A stretch of 42,258 bases of DNA, from positions 1-42,258 of the IMG/VR virus record IMGVR_UViG_3300048891_000046, one strand, 5' to 3'. Positions 16,492-24,236 of this stretch are shown piece after piece. The stretch is from a virus. Its lineage: Duplodnaviria > Caudoviricetes. Positions within the stretch are counted from its first letter, which is position 1. Every line of letters begins with the position of its first letter. A program made the translations under genes and the position numbers. The notes under the pieces were generated by a model that searched no databases, was not told where the DNA came from, and saw nothing but the letters and a program-made list of their open reading frames with translations.

Positions 16492-17788
16492 ACTCAGTCT
16501 CGGATACGAAGCGCGCTCGCAGTTCCGGGCGTTCCACGCGCGTAAGCAACGCTGGGCGTGCATCGTCGCGCACCGCCGCGCCGGCAAGACCGTCTCGTGC
16601 ATCATGGACCTGATCGACGCCGCGCTGCGCTCCACCAACCCGGATGCGCGCTTCGCGTATATCTCGCCAACCTACGCGCAGTCGAAGGACGCGGTCTGGC
16701 TGTATCTCAAACGCTTCACCAGCCAGATCCCCGGCGTGGAGCAGCGTGAGAGCGACCTGATGGTGATCTTCGCCAACGGCGCCCGCGTGCGGCTTTACGG
16801 GTCGGACAATTACAACCGCCTGCGCGGCATCTTCCTCGATGGCTGCGTGCTCGATGAGTATGCCGACATGGCGCCGCGCGCGTGGCCCGAGGTCATTCGA
16901 CCGGCGCTCGCCGACCGGCACGGCTGGGCGGTCTTCATCGGCACGCCGCGAGGCCGCAACGACTTCTGGCGCGTGCATCGTCACGCCGAGACCGACCCGG
17001 AATGGTTCTCACTGGTGCTACGCGCGTCGGAGACCGGCATCCTGCCACAGTCCGAACTCGACGACATGGCGGGGATGCTGACGCCCGAGCAGTACGCCCA
17101 GGAGTTCTTGTGTTCGTTCGACGCCGCCATTCTCGGCTCCTACTTCGGCCGCGAACTGACCGACGCGGAGACCGCCGGGCGCATCACCGAGGTGGCTTAC
17201 GATCCGGTGATCCCCGTGCATACCGCATGGGATCTGGGCATCGGCGACAGCACCGCGATCTGGTTCTTTCAGGTCGTCGGCGCCGAGTTGCACGTGATCG
17301 ACCATTACGAAGCGTCGGGCTTCGCGCTCGGTCACTACGTCGATGTGATGCGCGCCAAGCCATACCGTTACGGCCGCGACTATCTGCCGCACGACGCGAT
17401 GGCGCGCGAGATGGGCACCGGGCGCAGCATCTTCGAGACGCTCAAGGCGTTGACCGACCGCCACCCGTTCATCGTGCGTAAGTTGTCACTTATGGACGGC
17501 ATCAACGCCGCGCGGTTGACGATCGCGCGGACGTGGTTCGACGCGGTGAACTGTCACGACGGGCTGGAGGCATTGCGCGCGTATCACGCCGAGTATGACG
17601 AGCGGAACAAGGTCTTTAGTGACAGACCGAAACATGACTGGTCGAGCCATAGCGCCGATGGGTTCAGGTATATGGCGCTGGCGTGGCGTGAGATCGCGCC
17701 GGAGAAGCCGAAGCCGAAGCCGGTGGACAGTTGGGACGCGGCGTTCGCGCGCGACGAGCAGCCGTTGCGCGACTGGAGGGTGGCGTGA
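16469..17788 (+). CDS. terL: Terminase large subunit
   Basis: Walker A HRRAGKT, Walker B VLDEY, FIGTPRG, nuclease WDLG and HSADGFRY. Confidence 0.95.
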   Translation: MATARIPKLSLGYEARSQFRAFHARKQRWACIVAHRRAGKTVSCIMDLIDAALRSTNPDARFAYISPTYAQSKDAVWLYLKRFTSQIPGVEQRESDLMVIFANGARVRLYGSDNYNRLRGIFLDGCVLDEYADMAPRAWPEVIRPALADRHGWAVFIGTPRGRNDFWRVHRHAETDPEWFSLVLRASETGILPQSELDDMAGMLTPEQYAQEFLCSFDAAILGSYFGRELTDAETAGRITEVAYDPVIPVHTAWDLGIGDSTAIWFFQVVGAELHVIDHYEASGFALGHYVDVMRAKPYRYGRDYLPHDAMAREMGTGRSIFETLKALTDRHPFIVRKLSLMDGINAARLTIARTWFDAVNCHDGLEALRAYHAEYDERNKVFSDRPKHDWSSHSADGFRYMALAWREIAPEKPKPKPVDSWDAAFARDEQPLRDWRVA

Positions 17789-18057
17789 AGCAGGTGAAAC
17801 CAAAACTCTACGTGCGAGATCGCGAGTTGCCGGAGTGGGCGCGGGGATTGAGCGGCAAACTCAAGAACGCGTTGATAAATGAAAGCGAGCGGTTCACGCC
17901 TCCGGTATCGCCGGATCAATTAACTATCGGAATGGTCGTCCGCCACGATGAGCGCCAATGGCTGTACATGGGCGGCATCGGACCCAAGAGCGTTAACGAA
18001 CTGATGGCGTACATCCGACGTGTCACGGCGATCTGGCCGGAACGGACGCGGCCATGA
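17785..18057 (+). CDS. RNA polymerase alpha-CTD-like protein
   Basis: LSGKLKNAL...TIGMVVRHDERQWLYMGGIGPKSVNEL parallels the alpha-CTD pattern LSVR.ANCL...IGDLV..TE.ELL..PNLG.KSL.EI. Confidence 0.6.
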   Translation: MKQVKPKLYVRDRELPEWARGLSGKLKNALINESERFTPPVSPDQLTIGMVVRHDERQWLYMGGIGPKSVNELMAYIRRVTAIWPERTRP

Positions 18058-18180
18058 CCGTCCGCAAACGGTGTCCGCCTGTTTTAAGCGTCCAGAACGC
18101 CGCGAGCCTAATATCTGGACAGGGCGAAACTGGGTGTCCGTATACGTTCGTTTTCGGACACCCGAACGGAGGGCCGCACG

Positions 18181-18387
18181 ATGCCTGATTATGAGGCAAT
18201 GAGCGGCGCCGACTTCATGCGCGCGGTCGGCGATGATCCCAACAAGTGGGCCGACGCGGCGGCGCGGAACGCCATCGCGCAAGGATACAAGGTCGAGCGC
18301 GACTGGCTCCGCGTGTGGTTCGGCGACGCCATGGAAGCCGCGCGCAACGCGACTATCCGCACGGTTGTCGAGGGAGATCGCACATGA
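18181..18387 (+). CDS. Hypothetical protein
   Basis: GGAGG RBS, 68 aa. Confidence 0.65.
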   Translation: MPDYEAMSGADFMRAVGDDPNKWADAAARNAIAQGYKVERDWLRVWFGDAMEAARNATIRTVVEGDRT

Positions 18388-18716
18388 TCCGCGTCCTGAT
18401 GCTGGCCGTCTTGCTGTCGCCCGCCGTGGCGTTCGCGCAGCAGGCGCTGACCTACGCCGACCGCTCGGGCACGATTACCGCGGGCGGCGCCGCGCAGGTT
18501 GCCATGCCCGCGTGGAGCGGCAGGCACGGCTGCATGATCCAAAATCAGAGCGCGGGCAGCCTGTGGGTCTCGGAGACGGCGACGGCGGTCGCGGGGCCAC
18601 CGTCGATCCTGGTCCCGGCCGGTCAGCAGTTCCTCTGCATGAGCCCGGCGTCCGGCCAGGCGTATTCGATCATCGGCGCGACGACGGCGCAGGCGTTCGT
18701 GGCGCGCGAGTGGTAG
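18384..18716 (+). CDS. Signal-peptide-containing beta-rich protein
   Basis: MIRVLMLAVLLSPAVAFA signal peptide; IQNQSAGSLWV. Confidence 0.7.
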   Translation: MIRVLMLAVLLSPAVAFAQQALTYADRSGTITAGGAAQVAMPAWSGRHGCMIQNQSAGSLWVSETATAVAGPPSILVPAGQQFLCMSPASGQAYSIIGATTAQAFVAREW

Positions 18717-18768
18717 GGCGCCGTTCACTGCTGCTGGCCGGTGTCGCGCTTTCCGCGGCGGCGACCAC

Positions 18769-20892
18769 ATGAGCCAGGCGCTTTACCCCGACCCGCCGCT
18801 CGACCCCGAGGCCGCCGAGGCGTCACGCCCGAAGCCCGGCCCAGGCATCGCGTCGGACCGTTACCCGCGCGACCTCGACGATCTGCACGCGCGCATGGTG
18901 CGGTGGTTCGAAGACGCGGAGACGGCGACGAATGACGGCCGCAAATGGTCGCAGCGCGATCGTGACTATAAGGACGGGTATCAATGGTCCTCGGCTGAGA
19001 AGGAGGCGCTGAAGGCGCGCGGTCAACCCGAGGTCACCATCAACTACGTGTCGCGCAAGGTCGAGTTGATGTGCGGGCTCGAAAGGAAATCGAGGACCGA
19101 TCCAAAAGCGTTCGCGCGCAATCCGGTGGATGAGGACAAAGCGGACGCCGCGACACAGGCGCTGCGGTATATGTCGGACGACAACAACCTGCCGCTGATC
19201 CGCAGCGATGTGTATGAAAACCTCATGGTCGAGGGCGTCGGCGGCGCCGAGATCGTGCTGGAGGACGACGGGCGCGGCGGCGCGAATATCACGTTTCAGC
19301 AAGTCCCGTTCGACCGTTTGTGGTGGGACCCGCACTCGCGCCGGCTGGACTTTAGTGACGCGCGTCACCTCGGCATCGTGATCTGGATGGACCGCGACCA
19401 GGCTTACGATATGTGGCCGGACGCGGAGGACATGGTTTCCGACACGTTCGCCACGCAGACCGGCGGCTACGGCGACCGGCCCAACGAGATCGTGTGGTGT
19501 GACAGTAGGCGGGAGCGCATCCGCGTCGTGCAATGCCACTGGCAGGAGCGCGATGTGTGGTGGGTCGCGACCTATACCCGCGTGGGCTTTCTGGCCGAAC
19601 CGACGAAGTCGCCGTTTCTCGACGGCAAGGGCAAATCAGCCTGCGGCCTCCGCATGACCAGCGCGCATGTCGATCGCGAGAACAATCGTTACGGCATGGT
19701 GCGCGACCTGATCAGCGAGCAGGACGAAATCAACAAACGCCGCAGCAAGGCACTCCACCTTCTCTCAGTCCGGCAGGTCGTGATGGAAGACGGCGCGGTC
19801 GCCGACATCGACAAGGCGCGGCGCGAGGTGGCGCGGCCGGACGGGCTGGTGGTCATCAATCCCGGAATGAAATTCGAGATCACGGACGGCGCTCAGTTGG
19901 CCGAGGGCCAGTTCAAGCTGTTGCAGCACGCGACGGCCGAGATGCAGGCGTCGGGGCCGAACGCGTCGATGTCGGGCACCGATCCGCGCGAGTTGTCCGG
20001 CCGCGCCATTCTCGCGCAGCAGGCCGGCGGGGCGGCGGCGCACGAGCCGATCGCGGACACGTTGCGGATGTGGAATCGGGATCTGTTGTCGGTGGCCTGG
20101 ATGGCGGCGCGTCAGTATTGGGGCGCCGGACGCTGGGTGCGCGTGACCGACGAGTTGAACGCGACGCGCTGGGTGGGCATCAACCAGCCGGTGCGCCTGA
20201 TGGACGCGCTGGCCGACATGCCTGAGCAGCAGCGCGCCATGGCGATGCAGCGCATGCAACTGATGCCGGGCGATCCGCGCCTCCAGCAAGTCATTCGTGT
20301 CGATAACGACATTACCGACATGGACGTGGACATCACGATCGAGGAAGGGATTGATGTCCCGAGCATCCAGGCCGAACAGTTCCAGGTGCTCATTCAACTC
20401 GCCGGCACGCAGCCGGGCCTCATTCCGCCGGAGATCCTGATCGCGTCGAGCAATCTGCGGAATAAGGACGAATTGCTGGCGATGCTGAAAGAACACCAGC
20501 AGGCGCAGGCGCAGCAGCAGCAGGTCGTGCAGAAGATGGCGCAGGACAAGGCGCAGGCGGACATTACCGCGACGCAGGCCAAGGGCGCCGCCGACTTCGC
20601 TTTGGCCAAGGAAAGGCAGCACGCGACCGTTCATCACATCGCCGAGACGCATGGGATGTTCCAGGACCTGTCGGCGCCGCCCGACCCGCCGTCCGATCCT
20701 GGCACCGTCGTGCCGCCTGAGGTGCAGGCGATGATGGACGGGGCCAGCCTGCGCGGGTTGCACGCCAAGGCCGCCGTGGACGAGGCGCGGGCTAACGACC
20801 TGCGGCACAGCGCGGTGCAGCGGATCAACGACGTGATGGTGGCGCGGCACAACGCGCTGGCGCCGCCCGAGCAGGGCGGAGGTGGTCCATGA
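18769..20892 (+). CDS. Portal protein (P22-like)
   Basis: 707 aa after terL; YKDGYQW...RGQPEVTIN, YGMVRDLISEQDEINKRRSK, SGRAILAQQ, Gln-rich barrel. Confidence 0.92.
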   Translation: MSQALYPDPPLDPEAAEASRPKPGPGIASDRYPRDLDDLHARMVRWFEDAETATNDGRKWSQRDRDYKDGYQWSSAEKEALKARGQPEVTINYVSRKVELMCGLERKSRTDPKAFARNPVDEDKADAATQALRYMSDDNNLPLIRSDVYENLMVEGVGGAEIVLEDDGRGGANITFQQVPFDRLWWDPHSRRLDFSDARHLGIVIWMDRDQAYDMWPDAEDMVSDTFATQTGGYGDRPNEIVWCDSRRERIRVVQCHWQERDVWWVATYTRVGFLAEPTKSPFLDGKGKSACGLRMTSAHVDRENNRYGMVRDLISEQDEINKRRSKALHLLSVRQVVMEDGAVADIDKARREVARPDGLVVINPGMKFEITDGAQLAEGQFKLLQHATAEMQASGPNASMSGTDPRELSGRAILAQQAGGAAAHEPIADTLRMWNRDLLSVAWMAARQYWGAGRWVRVTDELNATRWVGINQPVRLMDALADMPEQQRAMAMQRMQLMPGDPRLQQVIRVDNDITDMDVDITIEEGIDVPSIQAEQFQVLIQLAGTQPGLIPPEILIASSNLRNKDELLAMLKEHQQAQAQQQQVVQKMAQDKAQADITATQAKGAADFALAKERQHATVHHIAETHGMFQDLSAPPDPPSDPGTVVPPEVQAMMDGASLRGLHAKAAVDEARANDLRHSAVQRINDVMVARHNALAPPEQGGGGP

Positions 20893-20894
20893 TC

Positions 20895-21182
20895 TCAATT
20901 CGACGAGGGGCCGCGACAGATCGTGTTGGCGATCTCCTGAAGCATCGTGTTCGTGAGAGTGAGCATTTCGCCAGGAGTGCAGCCCGAGCGTTCTATAAAA
21001 TTGGCGACCGTCGCGATCAGGGCGGCTGCGATGTCCGCTCGCGGCTGCCCGCGCATTTGCTTCGTGAACCCGCGCACCAACCGGCGGACGTTCGCGCCAT
21101 TGGCCGCCTGCGCCAGATTGGCCGAGGATCGTTCAGTCATATCCCGCAGTTCAGCGTGGTATTGTTCCCAGTCATCGGCCAT
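20895..21182 (-). CDS. Hypothetical protein antisense to the head operon
   Basis: GGAGGG RBS before the ATG; fills the portal-scaffold gap. Confidence 0.55.
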   Translation of the reverse strand: MADDWEQYHAELRDMTERSSANLAQAANGANVRRLVRGFTKQMRGQPRADIAAALIATVANFIERSGCTPGEMLTLTNTMLQEIANTICRGPSSN

Positions 21183-21202
21183 GGCGCCCTCCGGGTGTCA
21201 TC

Positions 21203-22021
21203 ATGAGCGGTCAACTTGACGCGTTCTTGAAGGGCGGCAACCCCGAGGACGGCAACCCGGCGCCCGAGCCCGAGGCGCCACGCCCGGCGCCCGAGGCCGC
21301 GCCCGACAGCGGTGGCGGTGGCGCCAAGGATAAGCCGCCGGTTACCACCAAGGCCCCGCCCACGCCCGAGCCGGACGATGACGTGGACCCTGGCGAGGCC
21401 GAGCCGGGGCAGCCGGTCGTCCCACGCCGCGCCTACGAGACCGAACGGCAGAAGCGCCAGAACTGGGTCGAGCGGGCCAGTCGCGCCGAGGCGGAGCGGG
21501 ACGCGCTGGCGAAGCGGCTGGAGGAAGCCAGCAAGCCGCCGCCACCCCCGCCGCCGACCTTCGAGCCGATCGATCCGGCGCGCGATCCCGAGGGATATAC
21601 AAGGCGGGTCCGCGGCGTGGTGCTGAACGAGAGACTAAACACATCCGAGATGATGGCGCTCGACAAGCACGGCAAAGAAGTCGTGGACGCTGAAACCAGC
21701 TACTTCCAGAAGCGCGCCGAGGCCGATCCGCGACTGTGGAACGAGCTCTACAGCAAGCCGCACCCGTATGCGTGGATGATCGAGAACAACCAGACGGCGA
21801 AATTGCACGACGAAATCGGCACCGATCCGGCGGCGTACGAAGCCCGGCTGCGCGCGAAGTGGGAGGCTGAGCGTGGTGCTGGACCGGCCCCACCCTCGCC
21901 GGTCGCGGGGATGCCGCCGAGCCTCGCCAACGCGCGAAGTTCCGCGCCGCGGTCGAGTAACGGGTTCGCGGGACCGCTTTCGATGGATGACATCTTGAAA
22001 CGACCGGAACGCAGAAGGTAA
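21203..22021 (+). CDS. Scaffolding protein
   Basis: Position after portal; Pro/acidic N-terminus, ETERQKRQ coiled coil, PPSLANARS C-terminus. Confidence 0.8.
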   Translation: MSGQLDAFLKGGNPEDGNPAPEPEAPRPAPEAAPDSGGGGAKDKPPVTTKAPPTPEPDDDVDPGEAEPGQPVVPRRAYETERQKRQNWVERASRAEAERDALAKRLEEASKPPPPPPPTFEPIDPARDPEGYTRRVRGVVLNERLNTSEMMALDKHGKEVVDAETSYFQKRAEADPRLWNELYSKPHPYAWMIENNQTAKLHDEIGTDPAAYEARLRAKWEAERGAGPAPPSPVAGMPPSLANARSSAPRSSNGFAGPLSMDDILKRPERRR

Positions 22022-22027
22022 CAACCC

Positions 22028-22615
22028 ATGAAAATATGCCGTGTGTGGATGGAGAACATCCCCGGCTCGCCATACAGCCAGTCAACGCCTCACGAAGAGC
22101 CGAAAAAGGACCGCGAGTCGGCGGAAGACTACGATGTCCGCACATGGCGTCACAAATGCACAACTGACGCCAAGGGTCAGGTGTGTGTCCCCGCCATGGC
22201 GCTCAAACAGTGTATTGATACCGCCGCCCAGAAACTTGGCGAGAAAATCCCTGGCCGGCGCGGCGCGACGTATAAGAACTTCTTTGCCTCCGGCGTGATC
22301 TGCAACGGCGACATGCCGATCGCCAACGGCAAGGTGCTGACGCCCGAGACGGCGGAACAGGTCACGATCTACGCCCATGCCAATGGGCGGCGCGGCTCCG
22401 GGACAAGGGTCAAGCGCCGGTTTCCTTCGTTCCCGGTATGGCACGGCGTCGCTGAACTCACGGTCGTCGATGACATCATCACGCGCGAGGTGTTCGAGCA
22501 CACCGTCAAGACCAGCGGAATGATCGTCGGCATCGGGCGTTTCCGCGTCGAGAACGCCGGGACCAACGGGCGTTTCCGCGTGACGAAGTTCGAGTGGGAG
22601 GATATGAGTGTCTGA
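22028..22615 (+). CDS. Solo RAMP-superfamily (Cas7-like) protein
   Basis: N-terminal strand + GSP; VPAMALKQCIDTAA (cf. RAMP IPGSSLKG); RRFPSFPVW; C-terminal glycine-rich loop SGMIVGIGRFRVENAGTNGRFRV. Confidence 0.75.
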   Translation: MKICRVWMENIPGSPYSQSTPHEEPKKDRESAEDYDVRTWRHKCTTDAKGQVCVPAMALKQCIDTAAQKLGEKIPGRRGATYKNFFASGVICNGDMPIANGKVLTPETAEQVTIYAHANGRRGSGTRVKRRFPSFPVWHGVAELTVVDDIITREVFEHTVKTSGMIVGIGRFRVENAGTNGRFRVTKFEWEDMSV

Positions 22616-22619
22616 CCTG

Positions 22620-22784
22620 CGCGCCTCGACGCGATGCCACGCGGCGCCACGCGTCGCAACTCGCCGCAACACATCGCACCTCGTCGCTTCGCCCCGCTCA
22701 TCATCGCAACGCAACGCCCCGCGCCGCACCGCACCGCTTCGCCACGCTCCGCCACGCTCCGCCGCTCATCGCAACGCCACGCAA
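22620..22784 (+). repeat. Array of 33 in-phase pentamers CGC-NN (candidate guide ncRNA)
   Basis: Hand-parsed: 26 CGC, 4 CTC, 1 TGC, 1 CAC and 1 ATC triplets. Third base is C in all 33 units, the dinucleotide is variable, and there are no indels. Confidence 0.9.
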
Positions 22785-22795
22785 CGGTTTAACGC

Positions 22796-23305
22796 ATGAA
22801 GCCATTTGAGCGATCCGAGATCACCTCGGCGCTGGTCCGCTACCTCGCGGGCCACGACAAGGGCACGCGCCTCACATACCCGGAACTGACGGACATCGCC
22901 GGGGTCAAGGTAACGGCATGCTGCTCGAACCTGACCTACGCGCGGCGCATTCTGGAGCGCGATCAGGCTCAGGTCTGGGCGTGCGTCGCGCCGGGAATTG
23001 GCGTGCAGCGGCTGACCGACCCGGAAATCGCGGAACGCCAACGCAGTTGGTACCTGTCAGGCGCGCGGAACAAGCTGCGGGCCGGGGCGCGGCAGGCGAC
23101 GGTCGTGGAGATCGAGGAACTCGATATCAACCAACAGGCGCGCTTCGCCACGGACGGGATTATTCGCGAGATCGCCGCCGACGCCCTGGCACGGGCGACA
23201 CAACGCCGGGTCGAGAAGGTGGCGCGCGGGTCGAGTAATGACCTGCCGTCGTTCAATGCCGTCGAGTGGATGATCTCCCTGTCGCCGCCCCGTCCGCCGA
23301 GATGA
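22796..23305 (+). CDS. Accessory protein with putative N-terminal winged HTH
   Basis: GTRLTYPELTDIAGV...LTYARRILERD...WACVAPGIGVQRL, then a helical C-half; directly follows the array. Confidence 0.65.
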   Translation: MKPFERSEITSALVRYLAGHDKGTRLTYPELTDIAGVKVTACCSNLTYARRILERDQAQVWACVAPGIGVQRLTDPEIAERQRSWYLSGARNKLRAGARQATVVEIEELDINQQARFATDGIIREIAADALARATQRRVEKVARGSSNDLPSFNAVEWMISLSPPRPPR

Positions 23306-23529
23306 CCGACCTCGCCACCCTCACCGCCATCCTTTACGCCGCGCGCTGGCAGCGCCGGGCGCCGGAGACCGACGCGGATAGGCATCGGACTATTGCCGCC
23401 GCCTACGAGGATGCTAAGCTGATCACGGTCGCTGTCGTCGCCGACAGGGGCTGGCCGGAGCAACCGCCGCCGTCGCCGGGCACAATCGGGCGTATCGCGG
23501 ACGCGAAGGCACCCCGTCGCCGGGGGTAA
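23302..23529 (+). CDS. Hypothetical protein
   Basis: ATGA-coupled; MTDLATLTAILYAARW... Confidence 0.5.
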   Translation: MTDLATLTAILYAARWQRRAPETDADRHRTIAAAYEDAKLITVAVVADRGWPEQPPPSPGTIGRIADAKAPRRRG

Positions 23530-23622
23530 CGGGCGCCGGCCTGGCACCAGGGCCTGACAGTGGTGTGACCCGTCGCCGGGGGACTTGCGGGCGCTGAGCC
23601 GTCGCCGGGCTTTATCCGGGCG
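23469..23622 (+). repeat. Four copies of CCGTCGCCGGG-N5-7-CGGGCG (pseudoknot-like RNA motif)
   Basis: Copies start at 23470, 23514, 23570 and 23599; variable flanks form covarying stems. Confidence 0.8.
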
Positions 23623-23628
23623 TCGCCT

Positions 23629-24168
23629 TCAATCGAACCGTGCAAATCGCTCGTGAAGTCGTTTCGCGGCCTCGACATAGGCCGCGTGTGCCTCTTCCTG
23701 GCTATCGAAGGTGCCGAGACAATGGTTCTCGCGACCCAGCATGATCACGGCCCGCCACTTTCCCTTGGCGGCTGGAAGCGTGCCCTTCAGGTAGCCATTC
23801 CTGCGGTATGTGCGTCGGTTTCGGTTGTTCTCCGCTCGCGTGGCCGGCCGCAGATTGTTCCAGGCGTTGTTCGACGGATTCCCGTCCGCGTGGTCGAGGA
23901 TAGCGACAGGCCATTCTCCCGTGACGTGCAGCCAGATCAGGCGATGAGCCTGATACAGGCGATCATGAAGCCTCACCGACAGGTAGCCGTACTGACCATC
24001 GCGGCAGCCTGCCGGTTTGCCAGCAAAGCGTTTGTTCACGCGCGGCAAAACGTCGTCGCGGTGTCGCCAAAGCAACAACCCGGTCACCGGGTCATAGTCG
24101 AAGGCACGTCTGACCATCTCAGCGGTGAGTTGGTCGGGAGGAACAGCGGTTTTGATTGGCATGGCCAT
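23629..24168 (-). mobile_element. Free-standing HNH homing endonuclease with AP2-like C-terminal domain
   Basis: YQAHRLIW...LDHADGNPSNNAWNNLRPAT..EN; KWRAVI...LGTFDSQEEAHAAY; antisense insertion before the capsid gene. Confidence 0.9.
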
Positions 24169-24236
24169 ATGAATATCACAGCACTGAACCGAGAGAAAGC
24201 GGGTTCCCGGCAACTCGTAGCTCTAGGAATTTAGTC

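Noticed and set aside
22620-22784. CRISPR array or simple microsatellite
   Set aside because: There are no 25-40 bp repeats with spacers, and the units are not homogenised: only the triplet is constant.
23469-23622. Mini-CRISPR array belonging to the RAMP gene
   Set aside because: The constant parts are only 11 + 6 nt with irregular spacing and covarying stems, which better fits a structured cis-RNA. A link to the RAMP gene is not fully excluded.
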